Both the position numbers and the translations under genes were made by a program. The notes below the pieces were generated by a model. That model was not told the origin of the DNA, did not search any database, and saw only the letters and a list, made by a program, of their open reading frames with translations. A stretch of DNA of 63,521 bases, filler included, from Hausera hauseri (Eukaryota): assembly GCA_046269625.1 (NCBI GenBank). It is 11 parts of 11 records of this genome, joined end to end, with 100 filler letters (N's around TTAATTAATTAA, not from the genome) between each part and the next. Parts side by side here need not be neighbours in the genome. Positions count along the whole stretch, not along the records: positions 48,724 to 53,745 come from JBJURY010358932.1; positions 53,846 to 58,743 come from JBJURY010399478.1; positions 58,844 to 63,521 come from JBJURY010479021.1; 8 more parts are not named here. One strand, written 5' to 3'. Below are positions 50,001-63,521 of the stretch, piece by piece. The first letter of the stretch is position 1, and every line of letters begins with the position of its first letter.

Positions 50001-52342
50001 TCCCTTTTGGTCCACTATGTCGAAATTAGCACAATGCAATTTATAATTTGTTATAATTATATAAAAGCTTGACGTTCACTTATGATCCATAATGTAGAAT
50101 TCAGCCCGTAGCCTTTTGTGTATAAAAAATAAAAGAAACAAGAATATTGTTGATATTTCTTTTAATTCTATTTCCTTACAGAATTTGTTTACACGTTGCA
50201 TTATTTTCATTTTACTGCCGAATTTGTGGCTCGTTTGCAGGTGAGTTACTCGTCATACTCATCAAATAAAAATATTTTTACGCAGAAGAAATGTTGTATT
50301 TTATGATTTGTGGTGCTATGATTGTTTGCATTGCCCTTCTGGTCATGAATACTGCCGTTTTGGGTATGTGTTGAATTCAGCAAATGGAGCTTTTGCAGAT
50401 AATTTTAGCATGCAATTTTCAGTTCTTCTATATATAGTTTTATTTCAAATACATTTGAGCCTAAACTGTTGGTATAGGAAACACTGTAGAAAGTTCATAC
50501 GAAGAGCCGACCCAGTATGTCCTTATAATAATGATACTTTTATTTCACTTAATTGCACTCATTATTTGTTTATAATGTGTTGTCTATGTTTGTTTCAAAA
50601 TAGATGTCCGGAAATTTTATCGACCAGTTGCTGCTAGTCAATCTTAAGTGCAAGGTTGTACAATTCCTGATGGCAGTGACGACAGTCAATTGAGCGACAG
50701 TGAAAATGAGATGGCTGATGAACGTGTGCCACAAACAGGAGATGATAACACATCATCTCATTCCAGCATGACATTACAGCAGCCATCAACCTCGAATGCA
50801 AAAGTGACTAAAGTTGTAAGTCGTGCTCGAAGAATTCTGTGGATGAAAATTGCAGCGGCTGATCACACCACAGCAATATCACATCCTCTGTGGAAAAGCT
50901 AATTGCTGTAAGCTGAATATGTAAAAGTGCCTCTGGAATATTTCCACCAGCTAATGGACGAACAGATACTAAACAGTATTGTTGAGCAATCTAACCTGTA
51001 CGTAGTGCAGACGAATGTCACAAAACCATTGACTCTTACAAGTGATGAGTTAGATCATTTCTTATCATCAATGTTGTGCTTATTCATGTACAATCCGCCA
51101 TAAGCACCAGCGGACACATGTTGCGCAAGTAGCAGAACTCATGTCTAAAAACAGGTGTAAGGAAATAAAAATCCGACTGCACTTAAACGACAACACTCCT
51201 GATCAAGCTGACCCCAACCATGACAGATTGTACACGATTCGTCCACTAGTCGACTCAGTGCTGAAGAAGTGCAAAGAAATCCCCTACGAACAGTTCTTAA
51301 GTACCGATGAACAGATGTGCCTTTTAAAGGTCAGTCAAGTTCTCGATAATACGTTCCAAATAAGACGTACAAGTGGAGCTACAAGATTTATATTCTGTGT
51401 AATACCTCAGGTCTTCTGCGCAATTTTCAGATGTGCATCAACAAAATTCAACAGCCCGTAGTTTCCTGATATTGGAGGTGCAGGCAACATCGTTTTCAAG
51501 ATGTGTGAAGTTGTGCAGCCAGGAATTAACAGTGTCGTGTATTTCGACAACTGCTGTACTACACTTGCGCTGGTATCAGAGTTGACCAAAATCAGTGCGG
51601 CCAGTTGGTACAGTTCGATCTAATCGCTAAAGTGGCTGTGCTGAAAAAAGGACGGGATTTGCACGAGGAGTAGGAAGGTAATGTAGACGAGGTGTCAGTG
51701 AGGTTGATCAAGTGGTACGACAACAGATCATTTGTGCTCGCCAGCTCTTCTTCATCTGCGTATCCACTTCAGACTGTGAAACAATAGGACAAATCAAGCA
51801 AAAGCCACGTAGAAGTCCCATATCCCACAATAGTTCAAGTCTACAATACAAACATGCAAGTGGATGCACTGAATGCGCTAGTGGCATACTATGGAATCTA
51901 CATCAGGTCAAAGAAATACTACCTGAAAATTTTCTTCCACTTCTTGGACTTGGCAGTCGTCAATGCCAGGCTCCTGTTCAAGAAAGACTGCAAGCTGATG
52001 AACGTTGAGTAGATCGACTTGCTTGAGTTACGCATGGAGTTAGCCCAGTGCCTTGCTAAACAAGAAAAGGCTACAGCTAAGAGTGCTCGTAAACTAAGAC
52101 GTCCGTCAGAAACTCAGTTTGAAGCCAAACGTCATCGAGAACATGTGTTCGTAATGACTCGGTGGAACATTGGCCCGCAGTTGGTAAAACGTACACGATG
52201 AAAGCTGCCTGGCTGCAAGGAAGCAACAGTTGTGCGTTGCCTAAAGTGCGATGTTTATTTGTGCGTAAGTAAGAGATACTGCTTCATGAATTTCCACTCT
52301 AACGAAAAGCAAATGAATAAATGTGACTTAATAACTGAATAA
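50001..52342 (+). mobile_element. piggyBac transposon (PGBD2/3-like transposase pseudogene ~50604-52300)
   Basis: Left end TTAA-TCCCTTTTGG (49997-50010); DRLYTIRPLVD, STDEQM, KWSYKIY, VYFDN, KWYDN, SKKYYLKIFFHFLDLAVVNA and C-terminal Cys-rich domain (CLKCDVYLC...CFMNFH). Confidence 0.88.
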
Positions 52343-53745
52343 TAGGGTGGCCACTAATAGGCATAAAATTTTAATGTAAATTTATTGGTCTCACCTCGCA
52401 ATGTTTTGGTATATTAAATTCATATGCAAAATTGGAACAAATAATTTTGAAAGTTAGAGGTAGCTCAACGGGGTCAAAGTTTAGATATCCTCAGCTATCC
52501 GAATTCAAGGAGTCTAGGGCATGCGTACGCCGTGCAGTATAAGAATTATTCTTGAACGATAAGATCTACACTTCACTCCAGCAAAAAACAACAATTAAGA
52601 GAAAATTAGTGTACTGATACAAAGATCGCGCATTTATTAAAGTCCGTCAATCAGTCAATTTGTCAAAGGATTTACTGATCTTGCTGTCAACTGTAATTTC
52701 TTTAGCGTTATATATACTAACAACTGAAATTGACGTGAGTGAACTGTCTAATTCTATAGCTCAAACTTATTTACTATTTAGTTCAAGTCTTTTTCAGTGA
52801 GTTTGGCAATTGTCGACAATGTTCCTCAACAACTTGAAGGTGAAACTGCAGCTGATTCTCGTCTTTCGTCAACAGTCCTGTGTAATCTCGAACCAATGCG
52901 ACACCACATTCTGCATGATCATTCACCACTGTAAGGGCACTGACTGTGACCCTGATCTGTTGGTAACTCAATCATGCTCCATAAAGCTGGATCTTCTTCA
53001 AGGAATGCTGTAGGAATTCTCAATAGTTCAAACAACACTAGTGACCTCTTGGATACAAAGCTTGATAACTGTTGGTACTTTATGGTCTTAATGTCAACTA
53101 CTGCTCTCGTGAGGATCTTCATCAGCTGAACTGTCTTATTGGCACGGATCATGGCAGTCTTCTCGCTAGGTGTATGGTCATCAAACAGCGCGAAATGCAC
53201 CAGTTCTTCTGATAAGTACCATAGGTGAGAAATGAATTTGTCAGCCGAAACTTTCGCAATTTGTGGTTGGACTGCCTCATGCAACCATGTCTTTAAGGAA
53301 TTTTAGATCACCAGTAGAAGCAGCTGCTGCATTTGGCACCATAAACCGTAACTTGATATACAGACGAGCCACAAAAACGCAAATGTCACTAAGGCCTTGT
53401 TCTTTTGAAGTGGGTTTGAACTGGGAGCGGAAGAGCCAAATTTTCATGGCATAACTTTTGCCATCCATCTAGCCTGGTGGAATGCGCCTGCAGCCATGGA
53501 GTGAGCACCCTTCTGAGGTGTAATTCCGAGAGAGATCAGAGTAAGCTCCAGCATCTCACGGTAGTCATCTGTGCGTTGTTGTTGCAGAAGTTTGTCACTT
53601 ATAAACTGAATGTTGGCTTCCTTTATGTCTGACATAAACGAGTGGCTGCCAGCTCGTCGAGGGTGACTTCTTGATAATGCAGGTGATTAATATATGGCCA
53701 CTGTTCCTTGAAGCGCTTGAAGATGCGGATATCCGGCCCATCGGA
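52343..53745 (-). mobile_element. hAT-superfamily (hATm-type) transposon 3' half; transposase pseudogene 52783-53745
   Basis: DDYREMLEL, GAFHQARWMAK, HLWYLSEELV.FALFD, FLEEDPALW, VVNDHAECGVAL...LTKDE.Q...LQVVEEH; terminus TAGGGTGG at 52343. Confidence 0.85.
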
Positions 53746-55974
53746 NNNNNNNNNNNNNNNNNNNNNNNNNNNNNNNNNNNNNNNNNNNNTTAATTAATTA
53801 ANNNNNNNNNNNNNNNNNNNNNNNNNNNNNNNNNNNNNNNNNNNNATCCACCTCCTAGACTCCACCAGGACAGCAGGAAAGCTCAGACACCCTCCTCCAT
53901 AGTCATTCTTTTGACTGCAACAGCCCTTCTCAGGGCTCATCCAGGGCTCGGTGATGTGGAGATCATCAATAAATCAATCATCAATCAATCTAAGATGGAA
54001 ACATCAAGGAGGGTGTCATCGATACTAAGTTAATTTCACGCTACAGTTCAAACGCACGTACATTCATTCGTTTACTGAACTTTTATTGTTTCAGACAGGC
54101 ATTACTCAGTTTGTTTTTGCGTACCTCCGAACTTCCCGTCGCTTACCTCTATGAGTTCGCCTTCAATTGGTTGAGAAGCCTTGATTTGGCAAATTTCCGG
54201 CGATCAATGTATTTTGCTTGAATATTAAGTTTTAATTAATTAACTCACGTATTGGATACACCCTCGATCAACAAGACGCTTGACGCAGAGAACACACGAG
54301 AAAGAAATAATTATTTGTTTTCAAAACTGGCTAGTAGATGTTTTTAGTCTCTCAGTAACGTTTCAATTAACATGCTGAGCCTTTTCCGAGACATGGAGTA
54401 TGTAATAACAATTATGATGTTTCAGAAAATTGCGTTAACCGAATATTGATGTGGGTTAAAGTATAAAATGTGTTCATTCATTTGAAACTAACACATATAT
54501 GATGCATATGTTTATTACTTTAATAATCCATTTCGAATCGCTACCATTATCAAAGATTTATTCAATACGTTCATCACCAACTTACGTCTAGATCATTTTG
54601 AAGATTAATGTGGTGTTCATGTTTGAAATTAAAAAATGCCTTATCGTATGCGCTCTAATTATTTGTCTTGTTACTGAATTTTTAGACATGTTGCGTAAAA
54701 TAATTTTTATTTAATTCTCGTTTTAGATCGATATGTTGGAGTAAATAATTGCAGTAATTACTATGATACTACGCTTACATGTTCTAGACCTCCTGAGTCG
54801 AACAGTCATAATATCGCCAGTTCAGCTTACTATACACTAACCCAAGTATATTTTAAATTATCAGTCCAAATTACTTCAGTGCTTTTGGATTAGCATTCTT
54901 AAAAATTTTTTGAGTAAGTAACGTTTAAACAAATAGACTAATGAGCAAATTTATAATAATTCTTGTAAAATGCAATATGGCTTCTGAAATTTACAACAGT
55001 TTTTGTCGAAGTATACAAATTGACATTCATTATTTCAAATATAAAATAAAACTACGCCGATACTCTGAAAATCAAAATTACACGTACCAGAACAATTAAG
55101 CAACTGTGAATAATAAGTTCGAACAGTTTTTGAATTCACAAAACTTCAAATGATTCCAACTTCCAACACATTAAGTTAACTTTTTAAATAATTCACAAAG
55201 AAAGCCAATATTTCTACATAATTAGAAACACATCTCCAATAGATTTTTCAAAGTTCCATCAAGCAATTTTACAGTTGCATTTTTTATAGTTGCGATTATT
55301 ATGGTTTGTTATCATTTAAAATTCGAAAGATGAAAATCCAGGATTAAACTCAGTCGAACTCGGCGAATACAGTGAAAATTATGTGATTCGAAATTAGCAA
55401 AACATTAACAGTTATATTTCATGATTCGAGATTTTGATGTTCAGATGGATATGACTGTGGCTGGGTGAGTGTTCTGTGTGACTAGTGAGCCATTGGGCGC
55501 GAGTGAATGTCTTCCTTCTTTTGACTGTGTGAACTCTGGTGGTCGTCTCCTCCACTTCTGTGGATTGTTTTTCCAATAGTTTTGCTTTCCAAATTACGGT
55601 TGGAATACACTTTCCGATGTGACCTTTCTTCAATTTTTGTTTTTATGGTTTTATGATGCAATGGAATCTTATTCGTTGGGACATAGTTTTCTCGAGTACT
55701 TGAATTTTGACTGCGAAACATGATTTTGTTGGTTCTGAGGGTTTCAATGCATGGAGTTAAAAACGACTCCATATGTAGCGTCCGTGTCTGCATTTCTGCT
55801 GAAACATTTGTATAAAGGCATGGTTGCTTATTTTGTATGTTGAATATATTCTAGAATGACTATAATTGTATATATCCGTCAATTCTATATTCTTATATTC
55901 TGACATTCATCACCTAACATGACAAATGTATATTATTTTATATCTTAATAACATTGTAAATAATTCATGTTTTA

Positions 55975-56290
55975 GTGAAAATGACCCATTTTCATTTTTT
56001 GCCTTTGCATTGGGGCTTAAAATGGGGCACTGCTGATTCACAGAATTTTTGCTGCGTGTTGGTCTTGGTTGGACCGGTTGCATCGCATATTTTTGGGCCG
56101 GGTCGCTACTCCGAACAGCCATATGGCCTAGTGACATTACAGAGTGGTATATCGTGTTGGTATGGTCGGCAATTTTTAATTTCTTCCATTTCTTGTATAC
56201 TACGACAAGCAATGCAAACGCCTGTATCATTGGATCAAGGAAAGCTATCCCCTGTTTAGTGATAACATAACACGGGCTATAAATCAGTGC
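55975..56290 (+). pseudogene. Paralog of the unknown gene at 27579-28170
   Basis: PVASHIFGPGRYSEQP...SGI...YG and ESYPLFSDNIT match the minus-strand copy. Confidence 0.55.
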
Positions 56291-57049
56291 AATTGTACGA
56301 TTGAGTATTGGGACTGTCTAAGCGGTGATTATGAATTACGTTGGATTCATTATCTGATATAAGTGGATTTCATCCGAATTTCATACAGTTTCAGTTGCGC
56401 ATTGCGCTTATTTTCTCCGCCGTATGCGTCGAGATTTTACCCGTCTTAAAGCGTTGAGACAATCCAGCCATTTCTTGATGATGTATGACGCATTGCGGTT
56501 ATTCGTTTGTCCATGTACGTTGAGACATTACCAGCCATTCTGCCCATGTCTAATGATTCTCTTTGAAATTATGATTATTGGAGCTCAATTACAAACCCCT
56601 TAATCATGTCAGATAATCGCTCCCAGCGTCTATTGCATTAATCCAGTAAACGACGCCATGCCAGCAATCATACCAAGACTCCAGTTACATTGATGTCGGT
56701 ACCCAAATTGATCCGGAGAAATGAATCTTTTTTCAAATAGGAAAGAAACGTTAAGGTTCTTTAATTGACTTCTTCCGAAGACATACAATACCAAAATCCT
56801 AGACATAATGTGCTTGTATACAAAAGTGCAACGCCAAATTTCAATTTAATCATAACCCGGCCCAAATCCAAAAATTTGAACTGAGCTAAAAACGATTATT
56901 TATGATCCGAAATTGACAGTATTTCGTGTTTCAAATTGTACAGTTTTGATAAATTGGATTCAGCCAATTGCCGTGGCCATCTCCTATTGTTATGGCAAAG
57001 AAAGCGGATAGCACAAAACTTCGCTAGTACGTGACAATACGCACTTGAC

Positions 57050-57255
57050 AATTCATGAGACATTATTGATAAGCTAAAGGACTGCAAATATTTCACTACA
57101 TTAGATATACAGAACGGATTTTGGTAGATCTCAGTAGCTGAAAAAGACCGTTGGAAGACAGCTTTCAAGATGCATGCATATGTTTATCAGTTTACACACA
57201 TGCCATTCTGATTAAAAACTGCAACTGCACCCTTCCGAGAGCTTATTCAATTAAT
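57050..57255 (+). pseudogene. Gypsy reverse transcriptase remnant
   Basis: DIIDKLKDCKYFTTLDIQNGFW*ISVAEKDRWKTAF...YQFTHMPF*LKTA. Confidence 0.8.
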
Positions 57256-57919
57256 TTTCGATTAATATGATTAATTGAAAAAAGCGACAATGAAAATGCA
57301 AACGCTGCGTTAGGTTCTTTGATAAATAATTACGAAGATAGCATTGACGAAAAAAGATTGGTTGTGTAAATCGATGTTTATAAGGTAAGAAATTGTTTTA
57401 ATAATATTGTTTGTTGTTCTTGTTTTATGTTCACGACTGTCGATATGGTTGTTAAATTCGATGTGTCTGTACCAGCACAAATGTTTAATGGTGGAGCTAT
57501 TCCCCACATTGCACAGCGATACATGCTTAAAAATGAATATATAATTAAAGAAAATTAAATTTTATGACAAGAAATCTATCTTTAGTTGTAACATTAAAAC
57601 AGAAACGAATTCATCACTTGTATCTTTTATCGAATTTAAAGCAGTTTCACAACAAAAAGGAGATGAAATAAAATTAAATGTTATATCTTATTATGAAAGT
57701 TAAATGTAAAAATAATATTTGGAGTGAATGAAGTTTTAGATCATGTCTTATATTTAATATTTTTAATATAAATTCTCCAAGATCTACAATTCTAATATTC
57801 ACCATCCAACATAGAGATACCTCGTGTTAATAGTTGAAAGTGGGTCCTATTCAACAACCAACTATAACAGTTATGAAACTCAAATTTATCAATAATGGTT
57901 TAGCAGATAAGTTCTAACA

Positions 57920-58561
57920 TTCTCGTTAGAAGGTTTGCACTATTTTATGATGCGTGTACTGCGGGCGGTGCCTTGCGTAGTTTAGACTTTCTCAACTTAG
58001 CTATAAAGTTTAATATGATTTTAATCCTTAGTGTAGTACAAGTCCCTCGTAAGGAGCGACGAAAAACTATATAAAATTTTATGCACAATTTATTAAATAA
58101 CACAAAGTATACCGATAACATGAATAGCTAGTATTACAGCAGAATTGAATCACTTCAGTAAGTTTTTCAGTCAATACAGAAAAACTGAAATTTCTCTTCG
58201 CTGATTAGTACTCCGACTGTTGCACTGAAATCTGTTCGCACTACAATACTTGTCCTTCACTACTAACTAGCTTTGTTTATATAGTCGTGGATGAATCGAC
58301 TTCTGCAATGAATTTCATTTAATTCTCTTATTAATTCCAACCAATACAATATTTGTTTGTATGCAGTCACTAATTTTATCTGAATACTCCATACGGTTTT
58401 TAACTAGCAATTGTGAATTAAAATCGATTTTCTGCTTAACTAATTCTAACTGATTAATTATCCCGTTTCTAAATACTAATATACAGTTTCGGTTTCGGTT
58501 CTGGTTTCACTTTCGGTTTTCCGATTTCTATACATATATACAATTTGTGGTTGCAATCACA
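57920..58561 (-). repeat. 3' LTR (minus strand) with upstream PPT and polyprotein tail at 58562-58743
   Basis: Minus strand reads ...AGGGAGGAG AAATAT TGTGATTGCAACC...; the distal ~170 bp is homologous to 61351-61510. Confidence 0.6.
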
Positions 58562-58843
58562 ATATTTCTCCTCCCTGAACGGCACTCTCGGATGTGCCCA
58601 TTGCGTTAGAAGAGATGCCGCGCAACCGATTCATTCGTCCGCGTAAGTCCGTTTCTGAATCCGATTCATTTTGTGGAGATCTGGGTCAAAATGATAGGAC
58701 GTGGTGGGTTTCTGAGGCAATATATCCACTTTGTTGCCTTCTCNNNNNNNNNNNNNNNNNNNNNNNNNNNNNNNNNNNNNNNNNNNNTTAATTAATTAAN
58801 NNNNNNNNNNNNNNNNNNNNNNNNNNNNNNNNNNNNNNNNNNN

Positions 58844-58891
<48 letters not shown>

Positions 58892-58920
58892 CCATCGTCA
58901 TCATCATCATCATCATCATC
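58844..58920. repeat. (TCA)n microsatellite in the Maverick mCP1-mCP2 spacer
   Basis: About 25 TCA units; a shorter related (ATG)n-rich tract sits at the same place in copy 1 (14685-14730). Confidence 0.9.
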
Positions 58921-58926
58921 GGAATC

Positions 58927-59931
58927 ATGAGTATTTACATGATGTTGCCGAGCAGCAGTTGTCTGACGACTCGTCCAAACAATTCAGCCATTGAATACAT
59001 TGTAGATTGGAACAATCCTTTGCATTTATCTGCAAAATGGGAGGTTGCACTGACGGAATTTAACTTTGCCTACGCACCGGTGACATTGAAAGGTAGTATG
59101 AAAATAGCGTACAAGACTGTTACTGAAACCAAAATACATTCTTGTCCTCCGACACTTACTAACAATAAAATAACAGTTGGATAATCAGCCATTTGCACGA
59201 CCGAAGTAAATTACCGTTCACACGACAAAATCGGTGTTTTTATTTCAGATCAAAACTTACATTTTATGGCAGATTTTGAATTTATTGTTACCTTTGAGTT
59301 CTCTGAGATGGCGCAGAAATTTTGATTCAAAAATACAGAGTACAAGGGTAAACCTTACTAAAAGTGAATATGCAGATGGTCCCAGATTAAGTCCCTTATA
59401 TTACCAGACAACGGTGAAATTTAACTATACAGCAGAAAGGGTGTCAACTTCATACGTATTGATTGGAGACAATGTCTATTGCGAATCTGTAGCACATCTC
59501 TGTCAACACTTTTCTTCAAATCAAAAGTATAAGGAGATATTTGAAGTTTTCGAGTCAGATGCAAATGGGCACATTAAATTTGAACAGTAGTTTGAGGCAT
59601 CGACGGCGGCGGCAGTGATGGCATATGTTGCAACACTTAAACCCAAACTGAAAACTGGTCTAAGTCAAATGTACATTTACGTCAACGTCACCGAACCGAT
59701 TTTGGTAGGTGGAGTACGTGCACCGCTGCTCAGTGCAATTTATCTGGAAAGCAGCAAGTATACTCTGACGACCATGTCACTGTCAAGTTCGATAATCCAA
59801 TGTACCTACCTGTGGCATCTACATCTATAAACAATGTTGAAGTGAATATCCGATGCTACCTTATTGAATTTCCGTACGGTACTACAACCAGTCTAACTCT
59901 TCATTTCCGTCGAATCCAACAACATTATTGA
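58927..59931 (+). pseudogene. Minor capsid protein (penton) paralog 2, copy 2, with internal deletion
   Basis: MSIYMMLPSSSC...KWEVALTEFNF...MYIYVNVTEPILVGG...TSLTLHFRR. Confidence 0.88.
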
Positions 59932-60284
59932 TTCCGAAATCGTTATCATTTACAGAAAACCTCAACAGGACGATGAACTGCCGTATTTCGTTGGTAAACC
60001 ATATGGCTCTGGATGGTTGCGTACATTGGCACGTTTAGCATTTCCGGTGTTAAAGCATATTGGAGCCGTAGCAGAAAAAACAGCACAGGACGTACTATAT
60101 GAAAACAAATCAATTTTACCATCATTGAATGAACACGCCTTGTCAGAAATAAAACGTGCTGCACGAGGAGTCGTTAAATCAGTTAAAAAAACAATTCGCT
60201 GTCAGTGGCTTGAGAAAACGCCGTAGTGCATCATAGAGCTCATCAACTATAAAGAAACGTCGCTGTCGCACGATTTTCGATTGA
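59927..60284 (+). pseudogene. Maverick core protein, copy 2
   Basis: PYGSGWLRTLARLAFPVLK...RTIFD*; start codon lost, frameshifted. Confidence 0.8.
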
Positions 60285-60291
60285 CTGACAA

Positions 60292-61350
60292 ATGACATCT
60301 GCAAAATCGGAATTGTGTATATTTGACAAAGGCGCACCACAAGTTGTTATTGACAATGCGGCATTTGAAGAAATTTACCCCGTTGATTCAGTTTCAACGG
60401 ACTATAATATTGACATTCAATTCAACATTATGGCATCGGACAATGAATACCCGGATTTGAAATATACGCTACTCTCTGTAAAAGACATTGTTAAAAAGGA
60501 TGAATTAACGGTTCTCGCTGTAACAGACACTGTCACACCGGCCAACTAGCTTTCCCTCGCACTGTTCCAGGAGGTTTCAGTGACTGTAAACAGCGTCAAA
60601 ATCGAAGGCAACAGCAATCTATACAGTATCAAAGCACTTACTGAAACGGCTCTGAATTACAGTACTGACACGAAAACGACTCATTTGCCGAAAACCATCG
60701 AATATATCGCCACTGCAACAAACCGTCAAGAATGGGTGGCAGAATCAAAAGCACTTACAAAGTGTGGACCCCTCTACTTTGACTTTTTCGATCAGCCGAA
60801 ATACCTACTGTCTGGTGTTAAAGCCATGATTCGGCTCAAACACAGCGACATTGTCTTTTGTTTGAAAACCACCGTGGCAAATCTCAAACCCATACTCAAA
60901 TTTACCGAGGCACGATTATACGTACGTCAAGTAAAGGTAGAACCACATATGCTCATAAAACTTCGATTTGTTTGGAAACGCAAAATGCATGTTACCCGAT
61001 ACAACGCACAGAACTCGTGTTTTACACCATACCCAAAGGTTCAACTACATTTTACAAATATGCACTGTTTGGCGACATGCGATTGCCGAAATTTGTGCTT
61101 GTTACATTTCAAACGACTATTCAACAAACGGGCAGTTATACCACCGATTCGGAAACGTTTAACCATAGCAATGTGAATTACATCAGTTTGGGTCGGAATG
61201 CTGATTTAGTTGAGACATACGAGCAGGATTTCGAGACCGGCGATTATGTTTGCATATATATGCAATCTATCGTGCGCAACATGGATTTTCTGCGAAAAAA
61301 TGTCAACAATGGCATATCGATGGATTTGTTCAAGTCCACCTATCCATTCT
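60292..61350 (+). pseudogene. Maverick major capsid protein, copy 2, cut off after TYPFF
   Basis: AKSELCIFD...EEIYP...GPLYFDFFDQPKYL...; homology to copy 1 ends abruptly at ~61350. Confidence 0.9.
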
Positions 61351-62029
61351 TCTCGTTAGAATGTTTGCACTATTTTAATTTGCAGGTACTGCGTGCAGTA
61401 AATGCGTAAATTACAAAACTCTAGTTTTAACTATAGATTTTAGAATATGATTTTAGAACCTAGTGTCGTGCTAGTCCCTCTTAAAGAGCGACGGAAAACT
61501 ATAACAAAGTTTAAGAATCAAATATATTGAAAAACAAATAAAATATACCACACACCGAATTAAGATCACGACGACAACAATTAATATCTTCAAAATTGAA
61601 AGTTTTCGATTCGATCTGAAATACTGATTCGCAATTCGAACTTCGATTCTGAACTCGTCTCATAAATTCGCAAACTTCGCAAAAATTTCACAAAACTACA
61701 AACTACATTGATGATGCTAAGCATTGACTTATATAGCAGTCAGCTATTGTTTACTGTTTCTAATTTTCATTTTCTCCGAATTTCATATAATTTCGCGATT
61801 GTTTATTTCAATTTTAAACTAATTTCCGATTTACAATCTATAATATTTACACGATGATTTCGATTAAAATCCATTTAGACTTGTATATTTACAATTTCTG
61901 CCTCTTATTAATTGGCAATATCGTACTATTTACATAATATTTTCAATCGAAATCCGGTTGCAATTTGTACATTTACATAATAGTTTCGATCGAAATCCGG
62001 CTTTCATTTGTACTTGTCATCTTATAACA
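61351..62029 (-). repeat. Solo-LTR-like element related to 57920-58561
   Basis: Shares TTCTCGTTAGAA.GTTTGCACTATTTTA...AGTCCCTC.TAA.GAGCGACG.AAAACTATA with 57920; starts TGTTATAAG on the minus strand at 62029. Confidence 0.6.
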
Positions 62030-62500
62030 CAAAGTATCGTCGTGTTTGCCTTTCAGTTTTGAAGAATACTGATAATTGAGTATTTCTTCAAATAACATCA
62101 CCATTCGGATAAACTCGAATGCAGAAACTGTACTGTTGAAGACTGAAGTAATCACCGCATACTGTAACACTGTTCTTGTCGTCCTTAAAGTTTTCTAATC
62201 GCCAAGTGAAGCTATTCATAATGAATGAATTCAGAGCAAAGATACTGTGATGCATACAAGAATCCAATCGATTAAAGAACAAGAATGACACATGCAAATT
62301 TGTATTTACATATTTACACTAAAATGTCCGTAAGCAACACTTTTCTTTTTGAGTCCAATGCGGTTTATTACCAAATTTTTATTTGCAATCATTGCAGGTA
62401 ACTGTTGAGATCTTATGTCAACACCACGACATTCAAGAAAGAAGCTGTCCGTGTCACGAGCAATAACATTAATCTGACAGTTAAACTGTTGCCTATACAT
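62030..62500 (-). pseudogene. TRAF-family MATH-domain pseudogene, truncated by the LTR
   Basis: SFTWRLENF...GDYF....YSFCIRVYPNGD...QLSVF..LKGKHDDTL; 5' boundary approximate. Confidence 0.8.
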
Positions 62501-63521
62501 CTATAATTTGATATAATTCAACTCATACATCCGTAACTTAGAAAGATCGACTACTGTGTATGTCAATGCTGCGATCCGCTCTATAGAAATGAAAGGTGAA
62601 AATAAATGAGTTCTTTGTAAATGTTGTAAATNNNNNNNNNNTTTATAAAATTTCTTTTATTCGTAATAAATATGTACAATTTTCTTTATAGTGCATTTAC
62701 ATTCCAGACATTGCTTACTTTAGAACATTTACGACATACAACCAAATGACCAAACATAAAAATACGGTATTTATTTTATTTTCTTTACATGCATCACAAA
62801 TAAACTGACATCTTATTACTTAGTCCAATACTTTCTTTTAGATTATTTAATTCAATACGAACCTTTTCAACAGTATTGAAATAATCTGTATCATAAAGTC
62901 AGTGAATGTACATTTTATTCAACGCATTCACTAGATTCTGTAACGATGTACAATCTGTTGTCATCAATGCTATTGACGCTAAATCTTCTTAAAATCCAAA
63001 ATCTGTTGTTGTTGTTGTTGTTATTACAACTAAATCACTATCAACTTCTTGCCACCATCCTGCCAAGTCTGAAATTGATAATCCATCAAAATTTCGCAAT
63101 TGCCTTAACTGTTCTTCTATGTCCATAATAGTATAACTAAAACTATATACTTCCTATATAAGTACCATTTTGGGACAAAATTCAAATTTTTTTCACGCTC
63201 TTGAATCCATACAGTACACCCGTTTGTGTGTATCCTTCACAACTATGTATACATACTATCTCCGCCTTATTAACCGTATGTGTGTATCAATTTCTTTCAC
63301 CCATTACTCATCTTCAAACTCCTTAGCTTCAACTCCTCACAAGGGGTGGTAGGTTTGTTGGCGTGCCCTCACTTCTATCTACAACCATGGCTCAAGAATG
63401 AAAGATTATGACTTACACATAATTTTTTATCGCGTGTAACAAGTCTTTTATTATTTTGACTACCTTCATATTCAACTGGTTAACATTATCACATTGACAT
63501 TCATATACTGAGTCAAAATTC

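Larger units (their letters stand above)
58927..61350 (+). mobile_element. Maverick/Polinton capsid module, copy 2: mCP2 - core protein - MCP, decayed
   Basis: Colinear with and highly similar to ~12190-14686 (minus strand). Confidence 0.92.

Overview
This window is not one locus. It is 11 short contigs (about 4.7-7.7 kb each) joined by an artificial 100-bp spacer (44 N + TTAATTAATTAA + 44 N). Contigs: 1-6195, 6296-11628, 11729-16946, 17047-23555, 23656-31330, 31431-37590, 37691-43442, 43543-48623, 48724-53745, 53846-58743, 58844-63521. Most of the DNA looks like AT-rich, repeat-rich invertebrate animal genome, and at least one exon looks vertebrate (fish-like). Mostly decayed mobile and viral elements dominate: (i) three copies of a Maverick/Polinton (adintovirus-like) capsid module; the best copy reads integrase - minor capsid 1 - minor capsid 2 - basic amphipathic core protein - major capsid - adenain protease; (ii) a parvovirus-like endogenous element with the capsid gene upstream of an SF3 helicase that has no HUH nuclease domain (bidnavirus-like layout); (iii) a Gypsy element with a chuvirus/class-III-type glycoprotein placed before PR-RT-RH-INT; (iv) a BEL/Pao gag preceded by captured dynein-heavy-chain and ubiquitin-like segments; (v) an intact spliced ~1105-aa hAT-clade-like transposase with a duplicated N-terminal domain; (vi) piggyBac, hATm and further Gypsy remnants. 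Host genes are a SMAD4 first coding exon, an intronless TRAF gene plus a TRAF pseudogene, a secreted protein and a TBXAS1/CYP5A-like exon. All family assignments come from motif recognition by eye, not from database searches.
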